This document shows, in pieces, positions 12,350-26,179 of a stretch of 64,000 nucleotides of DNA; position 1 is the stretch's first letter, and each line of letters starts with the position of its first letter. The notes below the pieces were generated by a model. That model had not been told where the DNA came from, did not search any database, and saw nothing but the letters and a program-made list of their open reading frames with translations. Location: the NCBI RefSeq assembly GCF_001194135.2, contig NC_068989.1, positions 56,352,541 to 56,416,540 on the forward strand. The letters are read 5' to 3'. Origin of the DNA: Octopus bimaculoides (Eukaryota). Made by a program: the position numbers and the translations under genes.

Positions 12350-13130
12350 TAAACCTGATATTGAGAGACCGTAAGGTAAACCTAGCAAAGACAAAGGTTT
12401 CTGTAAGTAGGAAAGAAGGCAAAACCCTGGTACCTTCAGGGAAATGGCTTTACTTGAGATGCCAAAAACAAATAAGTATAAACTCTATATACTGCTCCAG
12501 GTGTAAGTTATAGACGCACAAGAGATTTAGTGGAATTACTGGCAGACTATCCAAAAATGTAAGTTTCATATGCAATAACTGCACCAGAACAGTTCATACA
12601 AGCACATCAGAAACTGATTCTCTTAAATGCTTACATGGCTCACTAGAAATAGTTGATAACTTTTGTTACCAAGGGGATGTAATTAGCAAGAGAAGTGATT
12701 GTTCTGAAAGTAAAGTAGCTAAAGTGAGAACTGATAGGAGAAAGTTCAGGGAGCTACTACCACTGATAACAGTGAATTCTATGGTGCTAGTGTTAAAACT
12801 GCAAAGCTGGATGGTATGAAACATGGGCTTTGAATGCAGAGGACCTGAGAAGACTGGAAAGAAATGAAGTAAGTATGCTTCATTGGATGTGCAGCATGAG
12901 TGTACATGAAAGAATTAGTACAAAGGTGCTGAGTGAAAAACTGGGCATAAGAAGAATCAGATGTTGTGTGCAAGAAAGAAAATTGTACCAGTATAGGTGA
13001 AGAAAGTTGTAACTTGGGATGAAGTGGCTAAGGCTGACCTCAGGACTCTGAGCCTGATGGAGGAAATGATAAAGGACCCAGATCTCTGGCAATATGAGAT
13101 TTTCAAAAAGACCTACCCTCATCAGCAAAA
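12350..13130 (+). mobile_element. RTE LINE C-terminal remnant with PHD-like Cys/His insert
   Basis: KVNLAKTKV...KWLYLRCQKQISINSIYCSRCKL*THKRFSG...ICNNC...LEIVDNFCYQGD...KFRELLPL; stops and frameshifts. Confidence 0.85.
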
Positions 13131-14294
13131 GAGAGTTCTGGAAGTACTATGTATTGTGCTCTTCACTCATGTTACAGTAACTCCTTCTACCTCCACCCAT
13201 GCATTAGGCATACCTCTTTTCCACCCTCACTGACTCCTGCAGACTACCAACTGTGTCATTCCTCTCTCTTGTCCTCCATCTGATGCTGATCTTTCTAATG
13301 CTGCTTGTCACCACCCTATTACTCTCTTCTGACTCATGGCTCCTTGTTCATCCACCCGTCAATGCTACCCCTTCTGATAGTCTGCCTCTTCATTTCTTCA
13401 TTCTCCTTCCCATATGATCTTGCAAACTGATACTTAAACTCACTTTGTGCCTTGTGGGGTAACCAAGGCACCTCATTGCCTGTATTTCTTGCAGCTCCTA
13501 CTGTTCATTTTCTCTTTCTCTCCCCTTCCCCTACTAGTTGTGAATAATCATGCAGATTCTCTACAAGAGCCTGCACAGCCCCTTTTTATCATTCAATCTC
13601 CTCATCCACTAGCATAAAGCCGAACCTCCACAACAGGGTTTGGAGTTCTGTGGGTTGCATGGCAATCTCAATAGTGCAAGTAGCATGAAAAACAGCACCC
13701 AACACATACTGTAAAGTGTTCGACATTAGGAAGGGCATTCAGCCATACAAACCAAACCAAAATAGACGTTAGAGCACAATACAGTCCTTGGACACATCAG
13801 ATCCTGCCAAACTGTGAAACCTATGTTAGCACGGATTACAGATGATGGTGTATATTGTATGTATGTATGTATATATATACATACATATATATGTACACAC
13901 ATATATTATATACATAAACTTGCACACCCACGCATACATAGCTATGTGATTATTTATATGTATATATTTATATTTATGTGTGTGCATTTACATAAATATG
14001 TATGTATGTATGTATGTATATATATATATATATGGGTATGTACACAGATACACAAACACATACACACCCAAACACATATATAGTGTTCTTTGGTTGTCAC
14101 TTGTAACTATATATAACTTTCTAGTATTTTTTTTTTCTATATTAATATGTGAGACTGTTGAAGAGTGATCCTCTTCAACAATTGCTGAAGCTAAAGTACA
14201 CACAACAATGTCTCACTGGATTATGAGTGATTTCTATGGTTTTTACCGATACTGAACTGTCCCTCTCCATTTCCCTCACTTTCTCTGACACCTT

Positions 14295-14630
14295 AAGCAA
14301 GTGTCTTCTGCTATAGCCCTTGGCTGAGTAAAGCTTTGTGATTGGACTTGGTAGACGGAAACTGAAAGAAGCCTATCTCATATATATACATGCCTACATA
14401 CATATATGTGTGTGTGTGTGTGTGCATATATCTATGCGTGTTTGTGTTTGTCCCCCACCACTGCTTGTTGACAACTGGTGTTGGTTTTGTTTACAACCTT
14501 GTACGGTAACATAGTCAGTTCAGCAAAAAGAAACTGATAAAATAAAGTACCTTTAAAAATAAACGTACTGGGGTTGATTTGTTCAACTAAACCTTTCAAA
14601 GGCAGTGCCCCAGCATGGTCACGGCGATTT
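14295..14630 (+). mobile_element. family-A SINE (5'-truncated)
   Basis: ggtagacggaaactgaaagaagcc...gtcccccaccactgcttg...ggcagtgccccagcatgg. Confidence 0.8.
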
Positions 14631-14750
14631 TCTTTTTCCATCTTCCCTTCTTTGCTTGAAATCCTCTTTCTTTTCTTTCCTTTCCTGAGCATCCAATAAC
14701 ACAGTACTTATTCTACATCCTCACGTTTTTTCTTGCTTGTTCTTGTTTGG

Positions 14751-14817
<67 letters not shown>

Positions 14818-14840
14818 NNNNNNNNNNTCTCTATATATAT

Positions 14841-14880
<40 letters not shown>

Positions 14881-15849
14881 GGTTGGCATTGGGAAGGGCA
14901 TTCAACTGCAGAAAACCATACCAAATCAGACTGGAGCCTGATGCAGCCTTCCAGCTTACCAGCCTTGGTCAAACTGTCCAACCCATACCAGCATGGTCAA
15001 CGGACGTTAAATAATGATGATGATATATATAATTTTAAACAGTGTTCAGTGAAAAACTAAATACGTTAGTGTTTCGTCAATGATTATAGGTAATTGTATT
15101 ATTTATGAATGAGAAAAAGAAGAAAATGGAGAAATTGGCATATAGACATCAGTTTATTCAAAGATATTCAAATCAATGTAATATGAAATTCTTATCCCTA
15201 CAGCCATTTCATAGCCAATTAAGTCAAAGAAATTAAATTAAATTGATTAAAAATTTTCATATTGAAACTGGTTAATTGGATATTTCATCAGGGGAGATTA
15301 TTCTAGAAAGGAGTTAAATGTCAACGTGTTGGTCAACTGATCCTTGACAGACTCAAGTGAGGCTGTGTGGTAAGAAGCTTGCTTCCCAACCACATGGCTC
15401 TGAACTTGGGTAAGTGGCTTCTACTGTCGCCTCAGGCCAACTAAAGACTTGCAAGTGGATTTGGTAGACAGAAACTGAAAAAAGCCTGTTGTGTATATAT
15501 ATATATATATATATGTGGGTGTGTGTTTGTCCCCGCATCACTGCTTGACAACCAGTGTTGGTGTGTTCACATCCTCATAACTTAGCAGTTCAGCATAATG
15601 GACCGACAGAATAAGTACTAGCCTTAAAAAAAAGTCCTGGAGTTGATTTGTTCAACTAAAACTAGGCCATGTGCCTTCACATATATATATATAAGTACAT
15701 ACAAAATATAAGTATATGTATATGCGTGACACATACACACACACATATATATATATATCACTGTACATTCCCTTTCCATGTGTTGGGTGGGTCAACACAG
15801 TCTGAGTCATCTGTTAATGGGAGCCACTGCTTCCATAAACTGGTGCTCA

Positions 15850-16500
15850 TACATGTCATTTAGCTTAGTTTCAATGCTTGGATGCCCTTTCTAGACATGG
15901 ATGAGAAGAACATGAGTAAGTTTAGAGAATATGCAAAAGAAAGAACAGGACAGTCATACTGACCCATGTGGCCAAGAAAAACTAGGAGAGAGAGTGATGA
16001 TATCAGAGGGGCAAGAATAGGTGGCTGGAAGGAGCAGGAGTATGATGCAAAAGCAGGATTCTTTGATGTGTAATCAGGAGGGGAGTAACTGACATCAACT
16101 GAAATGGACAAAGTTAAGGAGTAGATGATGAGATAAAGGTAAGAGGTGACATGTGGCAGCAGAGGTGGCCTAGAGTAGTTCAGATGGAGTTAAGGAGTGA
16201 CGTGTGGAAACAGAGGTGAACTAGAGGAGGATAAGCTAAAAGTAAGACAATGTGATGTGTTGCTAGAGAAATGGCTTAGAGAGGAAAAAGAGTGATGACT
16301 GGTAATACAGGTCAAAGATATAGTGTATATGGTAGCAGAATGAAGGTAGTCTGATGCAATCTTTTATAAATAAATCTATGATGGATGAGGAAGTCAGGGT
16401 GATAAGGATGGTGCTCTTAGCACAAGTATTGGAGATGAGACATGGAGTTCTATGAGTGAGAAGGGTGGATAAAAGATGGAAGGGGAGGTAAGAGTGCAGC
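15850..16500 (-). mobile_element. decayed CR1-type LINE 3' remnant
   Basis: Fragmentary similarity to the CR1-type frame at 1998-2300; heavily mutated. Confidence 0.4.
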
Positions 16501-17320
16501 AGATTATAGGCTTTGCAGAGTAGAAAATATCTCAGCTTCTCAATATTATCCTCATATGAAGGTATGTTTTTGCCGTAGGTAATCAAGTCTTTAAAAACAC
16601 CATGTGACACTACTGACTCTAGATCAATCTTCATTACTTTATTCCAAATCTTCCTTGGACTTCCTCTTCCACTGGTTCCATTTACCGTGGGAGCTCAGCA
16701 CTTCTGTATGCTAACATCTTTCTATGCACAGCACAGCTTTCTGTTTTACACATTACATCCAATTCCCCTTATACCCAGTTTCTCTCTCAGCTCATATGTG
16801 TCCTGGTGTTTATGCACAATAACATTACACATATATCAAAGCATACTTGCTTCATTCTTTCTCACCTTCACAGGTTCCCTTACATTTAATGCCCACACAC
16901 TGCAGCAATGCTGTTCTAATGCAAGCGTCATACAATTTGTCCCTCACTCTGAGGGAGAAGACTTTGTTACCAGCAGAGGTAATAGCTCTCTGAACTTTTT
17001 CCACTCTGTTCTTACCCTAGCTTCTATACTACCTAACATACATTTCCTCACTTATATCATTTATGTAACATAAACTACTGACTACTTCCAGTAAGCAGCC
17101 TAGCATATAAAAAAAAAGTCTATGTTCAGTGTGCTCTTAATGTGTCTTGCACCAGTGCATCTACCACATATGAAACTTGCCTTCACTTTAGCCTGCTTCT
17201 GGTTCCATTGCTCATCATATGTGTCCATTGTTTATATTGGATACAGTAAATGGAGATTCTACCTGTTCCTTTTTCTGCATACTGAGTAAGGCCATTTTCT
17301 TGATGATACCAAAATGTATA
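16500..17320 (-). mobile_element. RTE LINE C-terminal remnant
   Basis: Same family as 11390-11713 and 12350-13130 (agaggtaatagctctctgaactt shared). Confidence 0.75.
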
Positions 17321-17336
17321 CATGCTGTATGTATAG

Positions 17337-17750
17337 GTGCAGGCGTGGTTGTGTGGTAAGAAGCTTGCTTCCCAACCACATGGTTCTGAGTTCAGTCCCA
17401 CTGTGTGGCACCTTGGGCAAGTGTCTTCTACCATAGTCTCAGGCCAATCAAAGCCTTGTGAGTGGATTTAGTAGATGGAAACTGAAAGAAACCCATTGTG
17501 TATATATATGTATATATATGTATATCTGTGTATGTGTCTGCATGTCTGAATTTGTCCCCCCCCCACATCACCGCTTGACAACTGGTGTTGGTGTATTTAT
17601 GTCCCTGTAACTTAGCAATTTGGCAAAAGAGACCGATAGAATAAGTACTAGATTTACAAAGAATAAATCCTGAGGTCAATTTCCTCGACTAAAACCCTTT
17701 AAGGCAGTGCTCCAGCATGGCTACAGTCATATGACTGAAACAAGTAATAG
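17337..17750 (+). mobile_element. near full-length family-A SINE
   Basis: gcaggcgtggttgtgtggtaagaagcttgc...gagttcagtcccactgtgtggcaccttgggcaagtg...ccagcatggctacagtc. Confidence 0.85.
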
Positions 17751-18099
17751 NNNNNNNNNNNNNNNNNNNNNNNNNNNNNNNNNNNNNNNNNNNNNNNNNN
17801 NNNNNNNNNNNNNNNNNNNATATATTGATAAAATTAATATCAGACTTAAAATAAGTATTGGAATCAATCTGATCAATTAAAAAAAAAACCTTCAAGGTGG
17901 TGCTCCAGCATGGCCTAAGTGCAATGACTGAAACAAGACAATCATCATCATCGTTTAACGTCCGCTTTCCATGCTAGCATGGGTTGGACGATTTGACTGA
18001 GGACTGGTGAAACCAGATGGCAACACCAGGCTCCAATTACACATATATATAAACATACACCTTATCTTTATCACTCATACCCCTGTTACTCATCTTTTT

Positions 18100-18560
18100 C
18101 TCATTCTCTCCTCTTCTCACTTTACTATGTTTAATGGTTAGTATGACTAAGGATAGGAGCGGAGATCTGCTCGTACTAGATTACTTCCAGTGTGACTTGG
18201 GGATACCAACAACGCATGTGGCCCTCACTCCAACAATCTATACCTCCTTCTCGCACCCTTATCACCCTAGCTCTGTTATCCATTCTGAGGTAGACATGCG
18301 TAAGGGACCGCATTAGATGTATGTGTACCTCATTAGCTTTACCTATACTCCTTTTGACCATTTCATATGCGCATCCATCATTGTCTCTCACCATTTATTC
18401 ATCTCTTGCTAGCTGTGCTGGCACTATAATAAACTACACCCAATAGACTCAGCTCAGTGTGGCACTGGAAGGTCTTTTTAGTCTTGTCAAAGATGCGTAA
18501 ATCTCTATAGTACTGAGGCCATGAAAAAGAGCACCCCGTACTCCTTGTACACAACAAATT
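18100..18560 (-). mobile_element. old RTE-type LINE remnant
   Basis: Broken frames with HLMR..RMDNRAR and LSLLGVVYYS, loosely like RTE RWxGHVxRM and STLLYGCETW. Confidence 0.4.
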
Positions 18561-18867
18561 GGTTGATGTTACGAAGTGCATCCTACTATAAAAACCAGGT
18601 CGAAAATGAAACAAACTAAAATATGGTTCTCCAATCAAAGAAAGCAGCAATGATCTGTTTTACCTATACCAGCATGGAAAATGGATGCAAAATGAATATG
18701 ATGATGATGATGTTTTATGCTTATTATATAAACTTGCATATGATATATGTGTGTGTGTGTGTGTGTATGCATATATACACTATTGCACCTGCATATATAT
18801 GCACTATATATATATAACACATATATATACAGATTATTTATACATATATTAGACACGTGTGTATATG

Positions 18868-18906
<39 letters not shown>

Positions 18907-19641
18907 TCATAATATATACATACATATACACACACCCACGTGTGTGTGTACGCATGTATTAGTGTGTGTTTAAAGGCTAATATGCGATAGTATATTATCT
19001 ATTGATAGATAAATATTAACACATTGTTGTGTATCTGTAGGTTAGTCCTAGCGGAGCAAACCTATCATCAAATGCTTTCTATCCGTGACCATCTCATCGT
19101 TTTTTTTTTTCCGTATAGGGAACCCAGACTGTCGTTATCGAACACGTCCTTTTTTTTATGTAAGACTATGGGGTTCATGTGACCGCACTTGTCGTGTTTT
19201 GGAGATGTTCAGTGCTGGTATTTTAGGTAAAATTCTTACCTATATCTCAAATAACAGACATATATATATTATTCTATATGTGCACACGTACATAGTGGGG
19301 AATCGAAATTGAATAAGAAAGTACCTGCAAATCTATAATGTTTGATTACAAGGTTTCTTAATGCTTGTTAATAAAATCTCTGAAGAAGAGAATTACATTT
19401 CGAAGGCATTTCATAAACAAAGAGAGCTTCAATAAGAACGAAAGCAACAAAATCGAAATTCCTCTAAAAGGTAAAATTGAGAATTGGTATTTCTCGAAAT
19501 TTGCAATGAGAGTACAAAATGAGTGAAGAAAAAAATGAATTTATCTGGAAAGCCTTGTTTGAGTTTGGTCATTCCAAATTGAGGAATTTGTTCCAAGAGT
19601 TCGCACCCTATGATTTTAAATTCTGAGAATGGATCACTTAC

Positions 19642-20300
19642 CTTTTTTAAGAGTCATAGCTGTAGTAAGCTTGTAGAAAACATGAAGTCGGATAGATGAC
19701 GCGAGGACACAATATTTTCTATGAATGGAGAAATCCTACTGCTATACGCTCGTGCTCGCACTTTCTTTCTCACTCTTAGTCTCCCTTCCCCTCCTCCTTC
19801 TGCTCTCTCTAATCTATTTCCTCCTACCTCTACTCCTATCTTGATCTTCTTACTATGTATGTATCTTTGCGTATGTGTATACACGCGCGCACCTACATAC
19901 CGTTTGTTTGCGTATACGTTCGTGTACATGTACGTATGCATGTGTGTGCGCACGTGCGTGCGTATATGTGTGTATGTGCTTGTTTGCTTCGTCTGTTAAT
20001 ATAGCTTCTGTGCACGCTTACACATACATGTATTTATTGAAGTTAGCATCACAATATTATAGCAGCTGCTTTGAGGCGAAGGGAGAGAAAGAGTACGTAT
20101 GTGTACATATGCATGTATGTGTGTGTGTATGTATGTGACTAGAGTAGAACAGTTACAAGCTTTTCTCTACGTTAGTCAGCTCTGAATCGTGCGCAAAATG
20201 TTTTAATGTGAATCTCATTTTCGAGAGTAACTAAAGGATTATTACAAACGTATAATATTCCATTACGTCTCCCCCATATGTGTGTTGCGTTTTCCCCTTG
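19642..20300 (-). promoter_or_regulatory. candidate promoter and first exon of a leftward transcript
   Basis: CpG-retaining unique sequence (acgctcgtgctcgcac, acgcgcgcacc), GA-rich tract, consensus donor AAG|GTAAGT at 19641; ATG ACT CTT AAA AAA G (MTLKK) precedes the donor. Confidence 0.45.
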
Positions 20301-21252
20301 CACGCATCTTGTTTTATTTTGTAAATATAGAAAATAATAAATGCTTCAACAAGAAGAAATAATATAATAATAACAATGTTTTGTTTATTTATATTTTTAT
20401 AATAATGATGAAGATTATTTTTAGATGATGGTGATTATTGTTATATTTTCTTATTACAAAGCGAAGATTTGGTGGTGGGAAATATGCATGCGAATGTTTG
20501 TATTTGTAAAGCAAAGAACAATCGCTGGTGATGTTTTCTCTTCAGTGTTTCTCTGATGTTATTGTTCCAGCAACCAAGACTAACCCTACCTTTTGCGCTA
20601 ATGGACATCTCATGTTTCGTAGTTGTTATTGTTTTGCTCCACTCATTTAAAGTCAAATTGAAATACCAACGATCAAAGGCAGTCCATCTTGTCGTTGTAA
20701 TACTATGTAGGACCTCATTATTCAATGTGTTCTTTCATTCCCCACCGCCATTGTACGGTAGGGCATGATATGAATGAGATTTAGCTGCTGTTTCTAGCGA
20801 CTACAGAGAGGCTCTTAACGTTGGCTCGTTGCCTGATGGTTATGGCTACATGTGACTGAGGTACACCTCCTCCCCCTTGTCGTTAGATCAGTGAGGAAAA
20901 TAAAAGAAAGAACTTCAGCAATGTGGTAGAAATAACTGCATCACTGACTACTTGAGCCTACATAAACAATAACCCGTGATAAGAGAAAACACAGGCACAA
21001 AAAAGAGGAAGTGTGGTGCAAACACAGTCGTAAATATATTAGACAAGAGGGACTGCTATAAAGGTCATTGGCACTGCTCCTCCTCTTCTCGTGAATAACT
21101 TATATAACAACAACAACAATAATAATAATAATAATAATAATGTATGCAGGCCCCTGATTTAACATTCTCGTTACACTAAAAAAGTGTTAGTGCTGTGAAC
21201 CTTTTTCGTAAATTATTTATTTGCCACAGAGCGAGAGAGAAAGGTGGGGGTC

Positions 21253-21740
21253 CCTTAAATGGAGACGGGTCAACGTCCGAGATAATTCTTTGTAGTTCCT
21301 CATTATATAGAAGCCAAACCGTTGCCAAATTATACCCAACCGTCATGAAAAAGCGGACACGTCAATATTCTGTAGTTATAGCTGCAAAATACCCGAGGGA
21401 ATGACGGAATGGTCACCACTGGAATGTCCCGTTGATCATAGATACCTGTTCGTTCAAAGCTGATCTGGGTATAAACAACAGCTATGTAGGATGCAAAACT
21501 CGTTAAAGCTGTCTTCCTTAAATGGAGACGGGTCAACGTCCGAGATAATTCTTTGTAGTTCCTCATTATATAGAAGCCAAACCGTTGCCAAATTATACCC
21601 AACCGTCATGAAAAAGCGGACACGTCAATATTCTGTAGTCATAGCTGCAAAATACCCGAGGGAATGACGGAATGGTCACCACTGGAATGTCCCGTTGATC
21701 ATAGATACCTGTTCGTTCAAAGCTGATCTGGGTATAAACA
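21253..21740. repeat. 263-bp tandem duplication abutting an N gap
   Basis: Copies start at 21253 and 21516; one substitution seen (tagttatagc / tagtcatagc). Confidence 0.95.
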
Positions 21741-22156
21741 NNNNNNNNNNNNNNNNNNNNNNNNNNNNNNNNNNNNNNNNNNNNNNNNNNNNNNNNNNNN
21801 NNNNNNNNNNNNNNNNNNNNNNNNNNNNNNNNNNNNNNNNNNNNNNNNNNNNNNNNNNNNNNNNNNNNNNNNNNNNNNNNNNNNNNNNNNNNNNNNNNNN
21901 NNNNNNNNNNNNNNNNNNNNNNNNNNNNNNNNNNNNNNNNNNNNNNNNNNNNNNNNNNNNNNNNNNNNNNNNNNNNNNNNNNNNNNNNNNNNNNNNNNNN
22001 NNNNNNNNNNNNNNNNNNNNNNNNNNNNNNNNNNNNNNNNNNNNNNNNNNNNNNNNNNNNNNNNNNNNNNNNNNNNNNTGATCGTAGGTCAGCGTGATCA
22101 TAACAACCCAGGGAATAAACAACAATAATATTATGAAATCGATATATAGGCTTACC

Positions 22157-22424
22157 CAGTGGCGGACTGACCAGATTGCCAACTTACCCGATGGCAAGTG
22201 GGCCCATGTTAGTATCGAAGGGGCCCATCCCCTTAAGTTTAAGAATTTTCTATTCACTCCTGGAAGAAAGCATTAATTATTTCAGCGTGGCTGTGTTTGT
22301 AGATAGTTGAAAAGAATACTTTCAAAAAAAAATAAATAAATAAAATAAAATGATAGCATTGTAGTTGCGGGTGGACCCCCTTAGTCTCCTAGCAACCAAT
22401 ATTTTTAGACCCCGTACGCCACTG
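22157..22424. mobile_element. hAT-type MITE
   Basis: Termini cagtggcg / cgccactg; 8-bp TSD ggcttacc / ggcatacc. Confidence 0.8.
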
Positions 22425-23254
22425 GGCATACCTATAACAATTGCGCTTCCTACACACGCTGACTTTGTTTCTTCATAGCTTTCAGAAAAATGGATATTTT
22501 TTTATGAAATTTTCTACAAATACCTCTCATGTAGTGTTGATTCTGATAAGATCAGAATTTATTATGAAAAAAAAAATTTCAAAGTAGGAAAGGGAGTTTG
22601 AGAAAATTCACACAAGTCGACTTTGTTTCCTCATAACTTCCAGAAAAAAAGTGTAATTTTAATGAAATTTTCAACAAATACTTTTCAGATGGAGAAGATT
22701 ACGATTATATGAGAATTTTTTATGAAAAAGTATTTCAGTGTACCTATAAAGGGTCATTAAATTGGAGATTTATGTTTGTCCTGAGCGAATGCCATTTGGG
22801 TTGGAAAGTTGTAAAATGTAAAGGCAGCTTATTTGTGATGTGGTTTAATGAAAGGAAATGATTTCAAACAAGAACCAAAACCAGGATGTGGATTTGATTC
22901 TTGTATAAGAAACACTTATTTAGTAACAAAATGTGAAACCTAGTAAAGGTCACTAGTTATATAACCCTTTACAATGAATTTTCATACTTTTTCATCTACC
23001 AAATTCCATTAAAATATTCAAATCACACTGAGGTCGACTTTGCATTTTGTCCTTTCATGGTTGATAAAATAAGCACCAGTTTTTAGCACTGGGGTTGGTG
23101 TAATCGGCTTTCATCTTTTTTGGAGATGCCTTTTATCCTTTTATCCTTTCGGGGTCAATAAATTAAGTGCCAGTGAAACACTGGGGCCGATGTAACCAAC
23201 TTGTCCTCTCCCCCGAAATTTCAGGCCTTGTGCCTTTAGTAGAAAGGATGATTA

Positions 23255-23261
23255 ATATTAA

Positions 23262-23314
<53 letters not shown>

Positions 23315-23345
23315 CATTATCAGTAGTAGTAGTAGCAGCAGCAGC
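23255..23345. repeat. (ATT)n with (AGT)n/(AGC)n microsatellite
   Basis: Directly visible; source of poly-Ile ORFs. Confidence 0.95.
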
Positions 23346-23510
23346 AAGCAAGCAGAACTGTTAGGATGTCAAGTAAAATCCTGTGCAGCATTTCTTCCAA
23401 CTCATTACATTCTGAGTTCAAATCCCATCAAGGTCAACTTTGCCTTTCATCCTTTCGTGATCAGTAAAACAAGTACCGGTAAGAACTTAAGCCAATATAA
23501 CCAACTAACC

Positions 23511-23763
23511 CAGTGGTTCTCAACCAGGGTCCATATGACCCTTGAGGGTCCCTATAAGATTTTGTTGTTAAAATATATCGGCAATAAATTGGTTATACTT
23601 CTACAGTACACAAAATATTTTAGCAATTTTGTTTACTACAATTCCTAATAATATTTAATTATAAAAATCTAAAATTTTTTAAACATTGAACGGCTATGAG
23701 AGTCCATCTGCATAAATTGGGAATCAAAAGGAGCAATAAGTAAAAAACGGTTGAGAAACGCTG
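23511..23763. mobile_element. hAT/Charlie-type MITE nested in a family-B SINE
   Basis: TIR cagtggttctcaacc / ggttgagaaacgctg; 8-bp flanks aactaacc / ggctaacc. Confidence 0.8.
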
Positions 23764-24653
23764 GGCTAACCCTTCCCACTAAAATTGCCTCAGTGGCAAG
23801 CTGGTAGAATTGTTAACATGCTGGACAAAATGCTTAGCAGTATTGCTTCCAGCTATTTATGTTTTGAGTTCAAATACCTCTGAGGTCAATTTTGCTTTTC
23901 TTCCCTTCAGGGTCAATAAAATAAGTACTAGTGAAGTATTGGGGTTGATGTTGTCAATTAATGCCTCCCTTTAAAATTAGTGGTCTTGTGCCAAAATTTG
24001 AAATAATTATTATTATTGTTGGTGAGCTGACAGAATCATTAGAGCATCAAATACAATGCCATGTGATATTTCTTCTGGCTCTTTATGTCATGTTCAAATC
24101 CTACCAAAGCCAGTTTAGCATTTCATTTTTTGAAGGATTGATAAAACACCAGATAAGAACTGAGATTTGTGTTATTGAGTTACTCTACCTCTTCAAAATT
24201 GCTGGTTTTGTGCCTAAATTAGAAACCATTTCTTTTATTAGATTGGTCTGATGATCTCACAAATCCTTTGAGACTGAAGAAACTTGCTCAAAGTGCTCTC
24301 CCCTAGGAATGAACCTGAAACTCCGTGGTTATTGAGCAAGCTTCATAACGACAAGTTCATGCTGCTGCCTGCCACTAAAAGAAAAAGAACAACAAGCACG
24401 TTGGGCAAGTATCTTCTACCAAAGCCTTGGACCAACCAAAGCTTTGTGAGTGGATTTAGTAGACGGAAACTGAAAGAAACTCGTGTTTATGTATATAAAT
24501 ATATATATATAGCTACATACAATGTGTGTCTGTTTGTTCCCCACCACCACCTGACAACCGATGTTGGTGTGTCTATATCCCCCTGTCTTAACAGTTCAGC
24601 AAAAAGAGACCAATGGAATAAGTACCAGACTTATATCCACTCAAATTACATAC

Positions 24654-24705
24654 ATTTCTTTTTATAAAGGGCATGTCAGATAACATAATCCAATGTATAT
24701 TACTG
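24654..24705 (-). CDS. predicted internal coding exon, gene 2 (xSNIHWIMLSDMPFIKRN)
   Basis: Acceptor ttttattattttcag, donor GTATGT, 52 nt with a single open frame, phase 2 to 0, compatible with the 26120-26179 exon. Confidence 0.55.
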
Positions 24706-26119
24706 CTGAAAATAATAAAAATAGGCTGGTTTTGAGTAGAATGCTTTTGATCTTAAATCCACTCAATGAAGAAACTGAATTGGGCTGAGCAATTATGTAT
24801 TTGGACAGGTCAGATAGATGATGATGTACAGAGTAATGTATGCAAAACAATTCTTAATGAATTGAAATAGGCCTTTCAATTCAAAAACCTAACAGTAAAT
24901 GTTAGCAGCTTGCAAAAGGAAGCGGGTATAATTTGAAGAAATTAAGAATTCATTTCAAAGAAAACAGTGACAACAGTTATTTAACCCTGAGTCATCCCTG
25001 ACCAAAAGTGCTCAATCTTTGACCATCTTGTCTTTCTTCAAATGCAGTATCTCAAGGACATCATTATTCAATGTCACTTTTTTTAAAAAGCACTGTTGGA
25101 TGTGATTTGAGAAAGATTTAGTTGTTATTTCTAGCAGGCTGAGCAACCAGAGAGATCTTCCTCATTGGCTTATGCTTCCGAAAGATAGAGACAAATGATA
25201 CATCTCATAATGTCCTCTATATTCGTGACTTAGTCAGAGGTGGATTAGTAGTATCTATTACCAATTCCTAGCAACAGAGTCTACTCTGCTCTCTGCTAAA
25301 GACATCCTAAGACCAGGTAAGGATGTTAAACAGGTAACAGATTAAGTCTAACAGCCAAAATTTACCCCACTATACTTAACCCTTTTGATACTGACCTGCC
25401 CCTGATTCTAAAGTATTTCTGGTTTCCAGGTTACAATAAATTGCAGTAAATCTGTTACCATATCGATACATTTAGAAAATAAAATTCATTTGACAGTATG
25501 AGCAAGTTGATTTTAGCTGTTTCACTAAAGATTATAACGAAGAAAGATAATATTTTCTCTTTTACTTTAGATGATTTCCAGACTTACAAAATCTTATCTA
25601 TCTTTTCAAAATTATCAATGCGCATGTGCATAGTGTGTGTGCGTGTGCATGTGTGTGTGTGTGTGCATGTGTGTGTGTGGTTTGTGAGTACTGAAACACC
25701 TGCTCAGTCAACTTATCTGAGATCATATACACTAAAACAACAGTTATGTACATACACAATCAGATGTATGCACACACACACACACACTCTCTCTCTCTCT
25801 CTCTTTCACACACACACTCTCTCTCTCTCTCTTTCACACACACACACTCACAACACGGACACATGCACTAGTGTGGGAGAAAAGCAGGGGGTACATACAA
25901 ATTCATTAGTACACATATACAAGATAGCTAGTTGTAAAACTTTGATCAACTGAGATAACCATTGCAATTAAAAAATAAATACTCCTACCAAATGTATATA
26001 AGTCCAATAAGATCAAAATTTATGGACAATATACACTGGAGATGAATTCATCTTGGAAGCCAACTAATGAAAGTAACAGACATGTTTTAATCCCCGAGAC
26101 ATGCTTAATCCAGCCTCAC

Positions 26120-26179
26120 TTCTTCCCAGTCTGTTTCTCTTCAGAGATATCTTCCATATTTAATGTCCGTTTCTCATCA
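26120..26179 (-). CDS. predicted internal coding exon, gene 2 (xDEKRTLNMEDISEEKQTGKx)
   Basis: Acceptor gttatgtttcacag, donor GTGAGG, 60 nt, phase 2 to 2, purine-rich open frame. Confidence 0.55.

Noticed and set aside
14186-14260. Minus-strand exon candidate VSVKTIEITHNP with GTGAGA donor
   Set aside because: The acceptor is preceded by purine-rich sequence with no pyrimidine tract
21676-22257. Long ORFs spanning the N gap
   Set aside because: Length comes from X residues
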